DNA of 49,252 nt from Candidatus Berkelbacteria bacterium (GCA_037140515.1 JBAXEI010000005.1:1-49252); one strand, 5' to 3'; positions 37,907 through 46,366 are shown, numbered from the stretch's first letter. Notes: a model not told the origin generated them from the sequence alone. Program-made: numbers and translations.

Positions 37907-38347
37907 ATGATTAATTGGCTGAAAAAGGTCCTTGGCGTCAAAGAAAACAAAATCGTCGTTCAGGAAGAGATTGTTATCGAAGAAATCGAAATAATAAGTG
38001 AAGAAAAGCAGGAAGCAATCAATTTCTTCACACTCATTTTTGAGCAAGCAGCTTCAAAAGCGACTGATCCTAGCGATCAGGAATACTGCAAAGATGTTGC
38101 AAAGCTATTGATGAGAATCTATGGCCTTTTAAAGGCAAGGAGAGAAGGAGTCATAGAAATCTGGGGCAATCCTAGCACAACGCTAGGTGGGTTCTACTGG
38201 GCAAGGCTGATGGAGGAGCAGCAGCATGTTGCGCTTAGTTCATATGCCAGAATGGTTACTGACAAAGAGATGAGCATAGTGTGTGAAGGGATTCAACCAG
38301 CCTTAATCAGAGTAGTAAAACATAATCAAACCCCCGCTCAAGAATGA
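37907..38347 (+). CDS. Hypothetical protein
   Basis: RBS AGGAG; 146 aa. Confidence 0.8.
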   Translation: MINWLKKVLGVKENKIVVQEEIVIEEIEIISEEKQEAINFFTLIFEQAASKATDPSDQEYCKDVAKLLMRIYGLLKARREGVIEIWGNPSTTLGGFYWARLMEEQQHVALSSYARMVTDKEMSIVCEGIQPALIRVVKHNQTPAQE

Positions 38348-38351
38348 GCGG

Positions 38352-38397
38352 GGCAACCTCGAGTCATTAATTACAAAATTGATGGCTAGAGCGTTGA
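38352..38397 (+). repeat. Intergenic hairpin repeat (copy 2)
   Basis: GGCAACCTCGAGTCATTAATTACAAAATTGATGGCTAGAGCGTTGA. Confidence 0.85.
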
Positions 38398-38538
38398 GAA
38401 AATTTAATATAGGCGCTTGACCTAAAGAAAAACGAGCCGTGTCACCCGTAAGGTGAGCCATGGAAGCAGATCCACAGGTAATTTCGAGATTACCAATAAG
38501 GTGCAGGCATAAATTGATGCCGGCCTAAGGAGTCAGAA

Positions 38539-38844
38539 ATGACTAACGAAAACATCATCACCATTACATATAGAACCGAACATGGTTGTAGAATGGAATG
38601 GTCTGACATGGCGGGACCGCAGAGAGTCGCCCCCAAACATTCAGGCGAAAAAGTTGAGATCATCGGCAATGAAGTTCGACTTATCGACTGGCAATACGCC
38701 GGAGGCCCAGACAAAGGCTGGTCGCCTATAAACATGGGCGAATTGACTACTTATAAAGCTGAGAGCGTAAATTGCGGAGACAATTCTGTGTATTTCGTTC
38801 GCAACGGAGTTAGCTACGCGATAACTGGCCTTCGAAAAATTTGA
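38539..38844 (+). CDS. Hypothetical protein
   Basis: RBS AAGGAG; 101 aa. Confidence 0.75.
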   Translation: MTNENIITITYRTEHGCRMEWSDMAGPQRVAPKHSGEKVEIIGNEVRLIDWQYAGGPDKGWSPINMGELTTYKAESVNCGDNSVYFVRNGVSYAITGLRKI

Positions 38845-38852
38845 GCTCATCG

Positions 38853-38883
38853 TCCCTCACTATTAATTTGGTGGGGGATTTTT
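38853..38883 (+). terminator. Intrinsic terminator of module 1
   Basis: TCCCTCACTA/TGGTGGGGGA followed by TTTTT. Confidence 0.65.
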
Positions 38884-38887
38884 GTAT

Positions 38888-39649
38888 TCACTTGTTTGCG
38901 ATCTGCCAGAGCATCTCGAAGCGCTGCCTCTCAGCGAGTGCAAATGCGCGTGATTCGATCAAGAGTGCATACGGCTCACTCTCGCCAGGAGCAGTAAAGG
39001 TGAGGATATTGCCGAAAATGCACGTTTCTGAGTGAATGTCCTGATAATCAGTCTCGGGCAAGAAACGGATGTCTCTGATCTCGTCGGCGTTATCGCGCGC
39101 CAAGATTTTTCGATGCTCAGGCGTGTCGCTATATAGTAAACGTATATGTATATTATGTTTTTTTCTTTTCTCAGTGAACTCTTGGTAGAAAATCGGGTCT
39201 GCGAAGAAGATCGTGCTGCCATAAACCAAGATCTCGGTGCCTTTTGGCTCTAGAAATACTAGATTGAGCGCTTCTTCTATACCCTTTTTGCCTATGAATT
39301 GACGGACAGAAGGCTTGCTCACCTCAGAATTTGCCAGCGCTTCGAGCTCGTTGAACGTGCCAACCACCTTCTTATGTCGGCGCTCTTCGATCTGCATAAG
39401 CTGTTTCGGGGAAGCGACTGAATAAATGATGCGTTTGCCATCGTTTGAGCTCGAGGCGAATCCTCTGATTGAGAGAACTTCGAGAATATCATAACAAGTC
39501 GGCCGTTTGATGCCGCTCTTTTGGCTTATATCCCAGATAGACGTGGCACCTAGTTCTAGGTTTGCCAAATAGACCTTCACCTCATTGTTTGTGAGGCCAA
39601 GGCTCTGGAGGGCCAAGGATAAATTTTCGTTGTTTAGTGTAGTCGCCAT
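38888..39649 (-). CDS. TrmB-family transcriptional regulator (module 2)
   Basis: Paralog of 36426..37184: YLANLELGATSIWDISQKSGIKRPTCY. Confidence 0.88.
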   Translation of the reverse strand: MATTLNNENLSLALQSLGLTNNEVKVYLANLELGATSIWDISQKSGIKRPTCYDILEVLSIRGFASSSNDGKRIIYSVASPKQLMQIEERRHKKVVGTFNELEALANSEVSKPSVRQFIGKKGIEEALNLVFLEPKGTEILVYGSTIFFADPIFYQEFTEKRKKHNIHIRLLYSDTPEHRKILARDNADEIRDIRFLPETDYQDIHSETCIFGNILTFTAPGESEPYALLIESRAFALAERQRFEMLWQIANK

Positions 39650-39761
39650 TACCGACACATCATATAAAATATTGTACAAAAAGTCAATACATATGCATAT
39701 TTTGATCTCAAATATAACTCTTTTCGTATAGCAAGCAAGGACAATGCTACTGTCGGTAGTA

Positions 39762-39790
39762 TTGACAAAATAGGTAGGAAGTGTTACAAT
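39762..39790 (+). promoter_or_regulatory. sigma70 promoter of module 2 cargo operon
   Basis: TTGACA-17 nt-TACAAT with extended TG. Confidence 0.8.
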
Positions 39791-39795
39791 GGCTA

Positions 39796-39876
39796 GTCAC
39801 GATGAGAGACCGATAAGGCGACTCAAAGTGAAGATGAGGTGCAGGTACAAAATGGTACCGACCTTGGAGACAACAA
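39796..39876 (+). promoter_or_regulatory. Conserved structured 5' leader (copy D)
   Basis: Highly similar to 37322-37402. Confidence 0.75.
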
Positions 39877-40659
39877 ATGAATACTTATAGACCAATGAAT
39901 GATGAGAACAAAGAATTTCTCAACTATGTCATCGCGATGTACAAAGGCCAAGAGGACGATTCTTGCTTTGATGCAACAGGCGAAATCGTTGTTGATTTGC
40001 CGGGCTTGCCTGGCTTCATAGTTAAAAAATTCGTCTATAGCCCACCACATGTAAATGTGGCTATGGCTCATCCCAAAACCATCGCAGCTCGGCTGCAGGG
40101 GAAATCATTTCTTGAGATTGGCACTGGAACCGGAATCTGTGGTGTATATGTTGCTCTTCATGGGCAGCCGTCACATGTCACAGTGACAGATATCAGTCCA
40201 TTAGCTGTCGCAAATGCGCAAGCAAATGCAGTTCGTTATGAGCTCAGTGAGCCAAACTTTCGAGTGATCGAAAGCGACGTTTATTCGGCGCTTACGGCAG
40301 GACAGAAATTTGATTGTATGTTTTGGAATTTCCCTTGGAATGCACAGGATAAGTCTGTAGAAGACACCTTGATTGAAAAAGGTATTGAAGTCACTCCAGA
40401 ACGTGTCTGGCAATTACGAGCGGGGCTCGACCAACAGTACAAAGGGCTTTGCACCTTCATTCGTGAAGGGAAAGAGCACTTAAATGCTGATGGCGAAATT
40501 CTGCTCGGTGCTGGGACTCCGTCTCGGCACGACATCATCTTTGGCGAAGCCAAAAGATGGGGTTATAACATCGAGGTAATTTCTCGCCAGGCTATGGAAA
40601 TAGACAAAATTGGCAACATGCTGTGTGAGACGATCCTCTACCGTCTCACCGTAAAATAA
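39877..40659 (+). CDS. Class I SAM-dependent methyltransferase (HemK/MTS-like)
   Basis: LEIGTGTG, VTDIS, SDVY, FDCMFWNFPW. Confidence 0.88.
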   Translation: MNTYRPMNDENKEFLNYVIAMYKGQEDDSCFDATGEIVVDLPGLPGFIVKKFVYSPPHVNVAMAHPKTIAARLQGKSFLEIGTGTGICGVYVALHGQPSHVTVTDISPLAVANAQANAVRYELSEPNFRVIESDVYSALTAGQKFDCMFWNFPWNAQDKSVEDTLIEKGIEVTPERVWQLRAGLDQQYKGLCTFIREGKEHLNADGEILLGAGTPSRHDIIFGEAKRWGYNIEVISRQAMEIDKIGNMLCETILYRLTVK

Positions 40660-40747
40660 GAAAACTCTGGATCAAACATGAGGTTTGATCCACCTTTCCT
40701 TGCTTCGCAATAGTGCGGAGCAAAGACGAGGTCCTTAGGAGATCGAA

Positions 40748-41272
40748 ATGAGAACATTAATTTTAGCCGCTGCGCTTCTCATCGCAGCATTCACCGCATC
40801 AGCTTTCGGCACCGTCGAAGTTGAAGCTGGACTCGCCAATGGTGGCGAAACAATCCGTTTCTATCAGGCGACACCGCCGAATAAGAATGGGTTCGGGACT
40901 TTCGGTTTCGCCGTGATTAGCAAATTCTATTCACAGGCATACGCAGGCGCAACCTATAGCCCAAACCAGCACATCTGGCTGGAACTGGGGTACGGATTAG
41001 AATCAGTTCCAGGCAACAGTGGAAGAATCGGCGGAACAGCCATTCTATCCTCAGGCCAATTCAGTTTAGTCCACTGCCAAGAGAGTGGCGGGTCAGGTAA
41101 TTTCAACAAGACAGTTCTTAATTACCAAATCAGCCCAAAAGTCACCCTCGGTGTCGTTGACGACAAATTCAACGGCACCGGCCCAAAAGTCGAGTATAAG
41201 CTCGATGGGTACGTTATCCGCTTTGTTGCTTTCCCTGACAAACCATGCTTGTCAGTTATAAAAAGCTTCTAA
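40748..41272 (+). CDS. Exported beta-strand-rich hypothetical protein
   Basis: Signal peptide, alternating Gly/aromatic strands, terminal Phe. Confidence 0.75.
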   Translation: MRTLILAAALLIAAFTASAFGTVEVEAGLANGGETIRFYQATPPNKNGFGTFGFAVISKFYSQAYAGATYSPNQHIWLELGYGLESVPGNSGRIGGTAILSSGQFSLVHCQESGGSGNFNKTVLNYQISPKVTLGVVDDKFNGTGPKVEYKLDGYVIRFVAFPDKPCLSVIKSF

Positions 41273-41280
41273 GCACATCT

Positions 41281-41313
41281 AGGACCGTCTGATTCATTTC
41301 AGCGGTCCTTTTT
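41281..41313 (+). terminator. Intrinsic terminator of module 2
   Basis: AGGACCG(T)CTGA/TCAGCGGTCCT followed by a T-run. Confidence 0.7.
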
Positions 41314-43143
41314 CTATTTCAAAATCTCAGACAGCTTATCTCTACCTATCACATGCAGCTCTTTGATTGCGCGAGTGAGGGCGACATAGATCAGATCTTT
41401 GTTTATTTTAATATTTTCTTCTACAAGCCCTGCTGGCAGATCATCACTATCAGTATCTGCATAATCTTTGCGAGAAACATCGGCGAGGACAACGATGTCA
41501 AACTCTACCCCCTGCGCCTCTCTGATGGTCATTACATGCACTTTTTCATCATCTTCAAACTCTTCATCAAACAGAGCTAACTTCTCGTCATCCTTGAGCA
41601 GGACACCCATCGTGCCGAAGTGCTTTGTAGCTATCAAATTTCGAATATATTTGAACTCAAGAAATGTGTCGAGATCGCCAACTTCAGAGACTGGCTCACC
41701 GACAGCAATTTCCTTGGGAATTGTGATCTTGTAGTCGAGATTTTCGATAAAATGTAATATATTTTGGGTATTTCTATAAACTTTGTGCATAATGACTTTG
41801 CGCTCAGCAGAGATGTTTTCGTTGATATCAGCAAAGTCGCGTAGTGTGCCAATTCGTACCTGCTGAGCGAGATCACCGACATAGATCATCGACTTCAGTT
41901 GCTGGTTTAGGCAAAATTTCATGAGCTTCAGCTGTTCTGGCAGATAGTTTTGAAATTCATCGACTAGAATCAGAGAGTATTTGAGAGCAATCGGTCCACG
42001 TTTCTTCTTATACTGACCGTTTTTCTGCTCGATGTAGTAATCTTGGACAATCTGCAAGATGCCGTCTTGCTGTTTCTTCGCCATCAACAAGATAGTGAGA
42101 TCAATCCGATCATAGATATTATTCTTTTTTTGATCCTGAAAAATCTTCTTTTGATAGTGATTCAAAAAAGGAGAGTAGATCAATTCTAGAAGTTCAAAGC
42201 CAGATTTTGCCGGTAATTCACTCTTGATTTCCCGCAAGGCCTCGATCTTCGCATATTCATAATGATCTTTTTCGATCTCAGAGTGTCCAATTCTCGCCGA
42301 AAAGCTCCCCCTGAGCTCAAGGATAGAGAAAGCCCAGTCAGAATAAGTTGTGATCAGGACGTCGTCGATACCAAGTGAGGGCAGGAGGCTCGAGAAATAT
42401 TCTTTTGTGCCAGTATCTTGGACAAATACAATTATTTTCTCGCTGCTATATGTGTCGATGAGGTCGGGAGATTGGAGAAGAAAGGCGATGCGGTGCAGAG
42501 CAAGCGTGGTCTTGCCACTTCCAGCTGGTCCTGAGATCAAGAAAGGCCCTAAGTGATTGGCACGGATTACGACGTCCTGGCTTTTTTCCATCTCAGCAAC
42601 AATCTCTGGCAGCATGAAGCCAGACTTTCGATCAGAAAAGTATTCCTGATATATTAGCTCACGAGGAGAACCTATGCTCTCAGTCGAGAGGAACTTGATC
42701 TCCTTATTTGAGATTAGGTATTGGTCCTTTTCTTCGAGATCGAGATATTCCATCTCGCCGTCTGGGCGCAAGTATGAGACTGGGCCTGGATCGTCAAATC
42801 TGATCTCGGCAGCTGGCGTTACCCAAGAGTATATACCATCTTCGCTGCTGCCAAATTTGCCAAACTTCAAGACACTTTTTTCCTTTGTCTGGATATTTGT
42901 GACTTCGCAACGGATAAAAAATGGTGAATTTTTCAGATACTCGAGCTCGGAGAAGCGTTTGAGATTTTGTTTCGTAATCTCGTTTTGGAACATTTTGCCT
43001 TCGCTGTCCTTCTTTTTGAAGGTTTCCTTGCTCTTCTCGATTTGAATCTCGACAAGATCCTGCTTCTTTTCTAGGACATCGCAAACTCGAGCGACTTGCT
43101 CTTTCGCTTTGTTGAGGATTTCATCTTTTTGTGCTTGATTCAT
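41314..43143 (-). CDS. HelD-like SF1/UvrD-family ATPase
   Basis: GPAGSGKTTLALHRIAFLL, VDEFQ, VGDLAQ, QGVEFD, YVALTRA. Confidence 0.85.
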   Translation of the reverse strand: MNQAQKDEILNKAKEQVARVCDVLEKKQDLVEIQIEKSKETFKKKDSEGKMFQNEITKQNLKRFSELEYLKNSPFFIRCEVTNIQTKEKSVLKFGKFGSSEDGIYSWVTPAAEIRFDDPGPVSYLRPDGEMEYLDLEEKDQYLISNKEIKFLSTESIGSPRELIYQEYFSDRKSGFMLPEIVAEMEKSQDVVIRANHLGPFLISGPAGSGKTTLALHRIAFLLQSPDLIDTYSSEKIIVFVQDTGTKEYFSSLLPSLGIDDVLITTYSDWAFSILELRGSFSARIGHSEIEKDHYEYAKIEALREIKSELPAKSGFELLELIYSPFLNHYQKKIFQDQKKNNIYDRIDLTILLMAKKQQDGILQIVQDYYIEQKNGQYKKKRGPIALKYSLILVDEFQNYLPEQLKLMKFCLNQQLKSMIYVGDLAQQVRIGTLRDFADINENISAERKVIMHKVYRNTQNILHFIENLDYKITIPKEIAVGEPVSEVGDLDTFLEFKYIRNLIATKHFGTMGVLLKDDEKLALFDEEFEDDEKVHVMTIREAQGVEFDIVVLADVSRKDYADTDSDDLPAGLVEENIKINKDLIYVALTRAIKELHVIGRDKLSEILK

Positions 43144-43168
43144 AAGAATATTTTAACGATTAATACGC

Positions 43169-43286
43169 AAAAAATAAAGCTCGCTCCCAGTAAGTTTATT
43201 GGCTAATTGGGTCAGCGAACTTCTTCAATATTTCATTGTGCAACATGTAACAAATTTATTATGATACTGAGGAGAATAGATGTCAA
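43169..43286 (-). promoter_or_regulatory. Promoter and putative leader-peptide attenuator of the helD-like gene
   Basis: TTGACA-17 nt-CATAAT (43286-43258); uORF 43246-43196; hairpin with U-tract. Confidence 0.6.
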
Positions 43287-43313
43287 GAGAGGCATTGAAC
43301 GATGATTATATTC

Positions 43314-43438
43314 TGTCATTCCGGACTCGATCCGGAATCCAGGAAGACTTTTTCCGAATTGTATTCTGGATCCTCGGGTTATGGCTCGCTTTTCTATTAG
43401 ATTTAATATGTGATAGCTCGTCCTCCCCAAGGATGACA
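43314..43438. repeat. REPIN-like doublet with ~50-nt loop insert
   Basis: TGTCATTCCGGACTCGATCCGGAATCC...GGATGACA; insert shared with 25901. Confidence 0.8.
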
Positions 43439-43502
43439 AAAAAACGAATAATGACAGCTTGTAGTGGTCAAAACAGGACTTTTTTGCTATAGTCATATGA
43501 CT

Positions 43503-44501
43503 ATGAACGATTTTTATCAATATCTCGAGACTATGACTCCTCTCCGCCAGAAACAAATGAAGGCGGCGGTTTTCGTGAATCTCATCGATAAGGTTGAAAA
43601 TATTACGACTCTCTCCAAGTTTGAACGCGAAAAAATCGCAAGCGAGTTGAAGCTTGTGCCTTTCGAAGTTCGGGATGAGCAAGTGTCAAAAGATGGCTCG
43701 ACGAAGTGGGCCTTTGTCTGTGAGGGTGGCAGCGTGATCGAGACTGTTCTGCTCGAGTTTCGTGACGGTCGCAACACGGTCTGCATCTCTTCTCAGGTCG
43801 GCTGCGCCTCTGGCTGTCTTTTTTGTGCGACTGGTCAGCTTGGCTTCAAGCGCAACTTAAGCGCATGGGAGATTGTCTCACAAGTCCTTTTCGCGGCTCG
43901 AAAGCTGAAGGAAAAAGGCAAGAAGCTGACAAATGTAGTCTTCATGGGCATGGGCGAGCCATTATTAAACCTAGGTAATGTATTGCAAGCGATCAAAGAG
44001 CTAAATGATCCAGCATATTTCAATCTCGGCCGTCGTCATATGACCGTCTCGACTTGCGGCGTGATCGAAAATTTGAAGAAGTTTATCGAAGCTGATACTG
44101 GCACGACGCTAGCAATAAGTCTCCATGCGCCAAATCAAGCACTTCGAGAAAAGCTGATGCCCGTTGCTAAGGCTCATCCGCTCGATCAGCTTATCAAAGT
44201 GCTCGACGATTTTGTGCGCAAAAACAAGAAACGTGTTAGCTATGAATATTTGCTGCTTGATGGTATCAACGATAGTGAGAAAGAAGCTCTTGAGCTCGTA
44301 AAGCTTTTCCGCGGACGTCTCGCATTTATCAATCTGATCACATTTAATCCGATAGATGGCTCTACTTTCCGCTCAAGCTCAAGAGAAAAAGCAAATGAGT
44401 TCCGCGCGATATTAGAGAAAAATGGACTAGAAGTTACGATCCGAGTTAGTCTTGGAGACGAAATTTCCGCTGCCTGCGGTCAGCTTGCAGGGAAACAGTA
44501 A
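43503..44501 (+). CDS. rlmN: 23S rRNA A2503 radical SAM methyltransferase, RlmN-like
   Basis: CISSQVGCASGCLFCATG, FMGMGEP, LAISLHAP, AACGQL. Confidence 0.88.
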   Translation: MNDFYQYLETMTPLRQKQMKAAVFVNLIDKVENITTLSKFEREKIASELKLVPFEVRDEQVSKDGSTKWAFVCEGGSVIETVLLEFRDGRNTVCISSQVGCASGCLFCATGQLGFKRNLSAWEIVSQVLFAARKLKEKGKKLTNVVFMGMGEPLLNLGNVLQAIKELNDPAYFNLGRRHMTVSTCGVIENLKKFIEADTGTTLAISLHAPNQALREKLMPVAKAHPLDQLIKVLDDFVRKNKKRVSYEYLLLDGINDSEKEALELVKLFRGRLAFINLITFNPIDGSTFRSSSREKANEFRAILEKNGLEVTIRVSLGDEISAACGQLAGKQ

Positions 44502-44567
44502 AATTTCGCTTGCAGTTTTGGGCAAGTTTCTCCTATAATAACTTGGTAAGCTCTAACAAGGAGAAAT

Positions 44568-45077
44568 ATGCTTGAGGAAAACAAGAATCAGCTAGAAAAT
44601 CTGATGAATAGCTATGAGACTGATCTACAAGGGATGATGTCAAAGAAGCAGGCGGAGAAGGCAGCTCAGGACGAGTTTGCAAAGCAATTCGAGGCCATAA
44701 AAACCGAAATTATTTGGCCTGTCATTGTCGATGTAGGCAATCAGCTAAATCAATATGGTCACGATTATCATGTTTCTGAACAGACAGAGTATCTCGACGC
44801 CACGGCAGTTTTTCACGCTGGCAGCATCACACTAAACATTTATCCCGCAATCCTTCCTGAAGCACTTCATAAGCCTGAGAGTACGCCGTACATCTCTTTT
44901 GTGGCTGACCGATATGCACAGAAGGTGGGCGTAATGGTTTCGACGATGATGCCTGGGCAGGGTGGCTCCGTCGGCTCGCATGGATACTATCCAATCTCGG
45001 ACATCACGAAGGATTTCGTAGAGAAGGAAATGGTGGACGTTCTCAAGAATGCTTTTATTTTTCGTAAAGCCAGCTAG
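44568..45077 (+). CDS. Hypothetical protein
   Basis: RBS AAGGAG; 169 aa. Confidence 0.8.
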   Translation: MLEENKNQLENLMNSYETDLQGMMSKKQAEKAAQDEFAKQFEAIKTEIIWPVIVDVGNQLNQYGHDYHVSEQTEYLDATAVFHAGSITLNIYPAILPEALHKPESTPYISFVADRYAQKVGVMVSTMMPGQGGSVGSHGYYPISDITKDFVEKEMVDVLKNAFIFRKAS

Positions 45078-45109
45078 GGAATAGATATTTAGCTTGAATC
45101 AATCTTCTT

Positions 45110-45205
45110 TGTCATCCTCGGGACCAGTGATGCCCTCGAGAATGGTGCCCGGGGATCTTGAGCGATTGTATTAGATACAAGATTCCCGCCTTCGCGGGAA
45201 TGACA
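45110..45205. repeat. REPIN-like doublet
   Basis: TGTCATCCTCGGG...CCCGGGGATCT...AGATTCCCGCCTTCGCGGGAATGACA. Confidence 0.8.
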
Positions 45206-45253
45206 AAAGAGGTGCGGGAGTGACAATTAATTTTTATATTATTATGGAGGCAT

Positions 45254-45634
45254 ATGGATTTATCAACAGTACAGAAGAGAATCGAGCAGCTCGAGAAGTT
45301 GCAAGAGGAAGTCAAGATTTCGAGAGAGATGCTCAAGGGTGAGCTTGAAAATGAGCCAGAATTTGTCGAAGCATCCGATGAGGCAAAGGCTGTAACTCAG
45401 AAGAGAAAACAGATCAAGGATGAGATTCTTGCTCGAGGTCCAAACCAACAAATTCTTGCTACTATCAAGGAAAATCAGGAAGAGATAAACACTACCAAAG
45501 AGATTCTTTCAGCTGAGCTCATGGAGTACTACGAAGAGTCGAAAACTGATGAATTTGCCGATCGCAAGTTCAAAGTTGAGGCAACGCTACTTCCAAAGAA
45601 ATTTTCTTACGACAAATACGAAAAGAAAGACTAG
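45254..45634 (+). CDS. Coiled-coil hypothetical protein
   Basis: RBS GGAGG; charged heptad-rich sequence. Confidence 0.8.
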   Translation: MDLSTVQKRIEQLEKLQEEVKISREMLKGELENEPEFVEASDEAKAVTQKRKQIKDEILARGPNQQILATIKENQEEINTTKEILSAELMEYYEESKTDEFADRKFKVEATLLPKKFSYDKYEKKD

Positions 45635-45647
45635 TCCAGAATACTTT

Positions 45648-45766
45648 TGTCATCCTGAGCGTCAGCGAAGGATCTCCCTGCGCTGTCATCCCGTACTGTA
45701 AGCTTGAGATACGGGATCTTGAGCTGGTATATTCGCTACAAGATTCCCGCCTTCGCGGGAATGACA
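45648..45766. repeat. REP cluster (three units)
   Basis: TGTCATCCTGAGCGTCAGCGAAGGATCT; TGTCATCCCGTA...TACGGGATCT; AGATTCCCGCCTTCGCGGGAATGACA. Confidence 0.8.
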
Positions 45767-45918
45767 GATGAACGCTTACTAGGCCGAATAAAACAAATAC
45801 CCTGCATGAAAATTGCAGGGTATTTGTTTGTGTTTCTTGACAAATTTGGAAAAAGTGGTATCCTCAGGCTGTATCGACATCTACAAATATATTCTGTGTC
45901 GATAAGTGGAGGTGCGCT

Positions 45919-46251
45919 ATGGTCATGTTTGCTGATGCAGTAAAGAACCCACTTGGGTTTATAGTTGAAAGCTTGAAGAAGCTTTGCCTGTTTCACGCTG
46001 TGAAGCTGGAAATTTCTCCGGAAGAATTATCTGAAGAGAAAATCATCGCGGTCAAAAATATTTGCCGCGAAACACTTTTGTCTAATCCGGAGAATACCGG
46101 CCCACCAGCCGACTATCTCTTCGACATACTGGTGACAGTATTTCGAGCCGGAAAAGACTTCAACAAACTTTCTTACTTGATTCCGAAATACACTTCTGAA
46201 GAAGCAGAATTCGCAGAATCTTTTCTCATTATACAAAAGTATAAAGAGTAA
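45919..46251 (+). CDS. Hypothetical protein
   Basis: RBS GGAGG; followed by a terminator at 46264-46291. Confidence 0.7.
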   Translation: MVMFADAVKNPLGFIVESLKKLCLFHAVKLEISPEELSEEKIIAVKNICRETLLSNPENTGPPADYLFDILVTVFRAGKDFNKLSYLIPKYTSEEAEFAESFLIIQKYKE

Positions 46252-46263
46252 CCCTAAGCCACA

Positions 46264-46291
46264 AGGCGGACACGGATGTCCGCTTTTTTTT
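46264..46291 (+). terminator. Intrinsic terminator
   Basis: GGCGGACA-CGGA-TGTCCGCT followed by a T-run. Confidence 0.8.
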
Positions 46292-46366
46292 ATTGTAAAA
46301 ATATGAAATAATATAATCAGGGACTATATATTTACATATTATACAACTGTTCTCCCTCTATAAGTG

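Noticed and set aside
37811-38397. Canonical integron attC array
   Set aside because: The sites are shorter than typical attC, the RYYYAAC/GTTRRRY consensus is only partly met, and there is no intI in the window.
43503-44501. Cfr resistance methyltransferase
   Set aside because: SSQVGC and LAISLHAP are RlmN-type. A phylogeny is needed to be certain.
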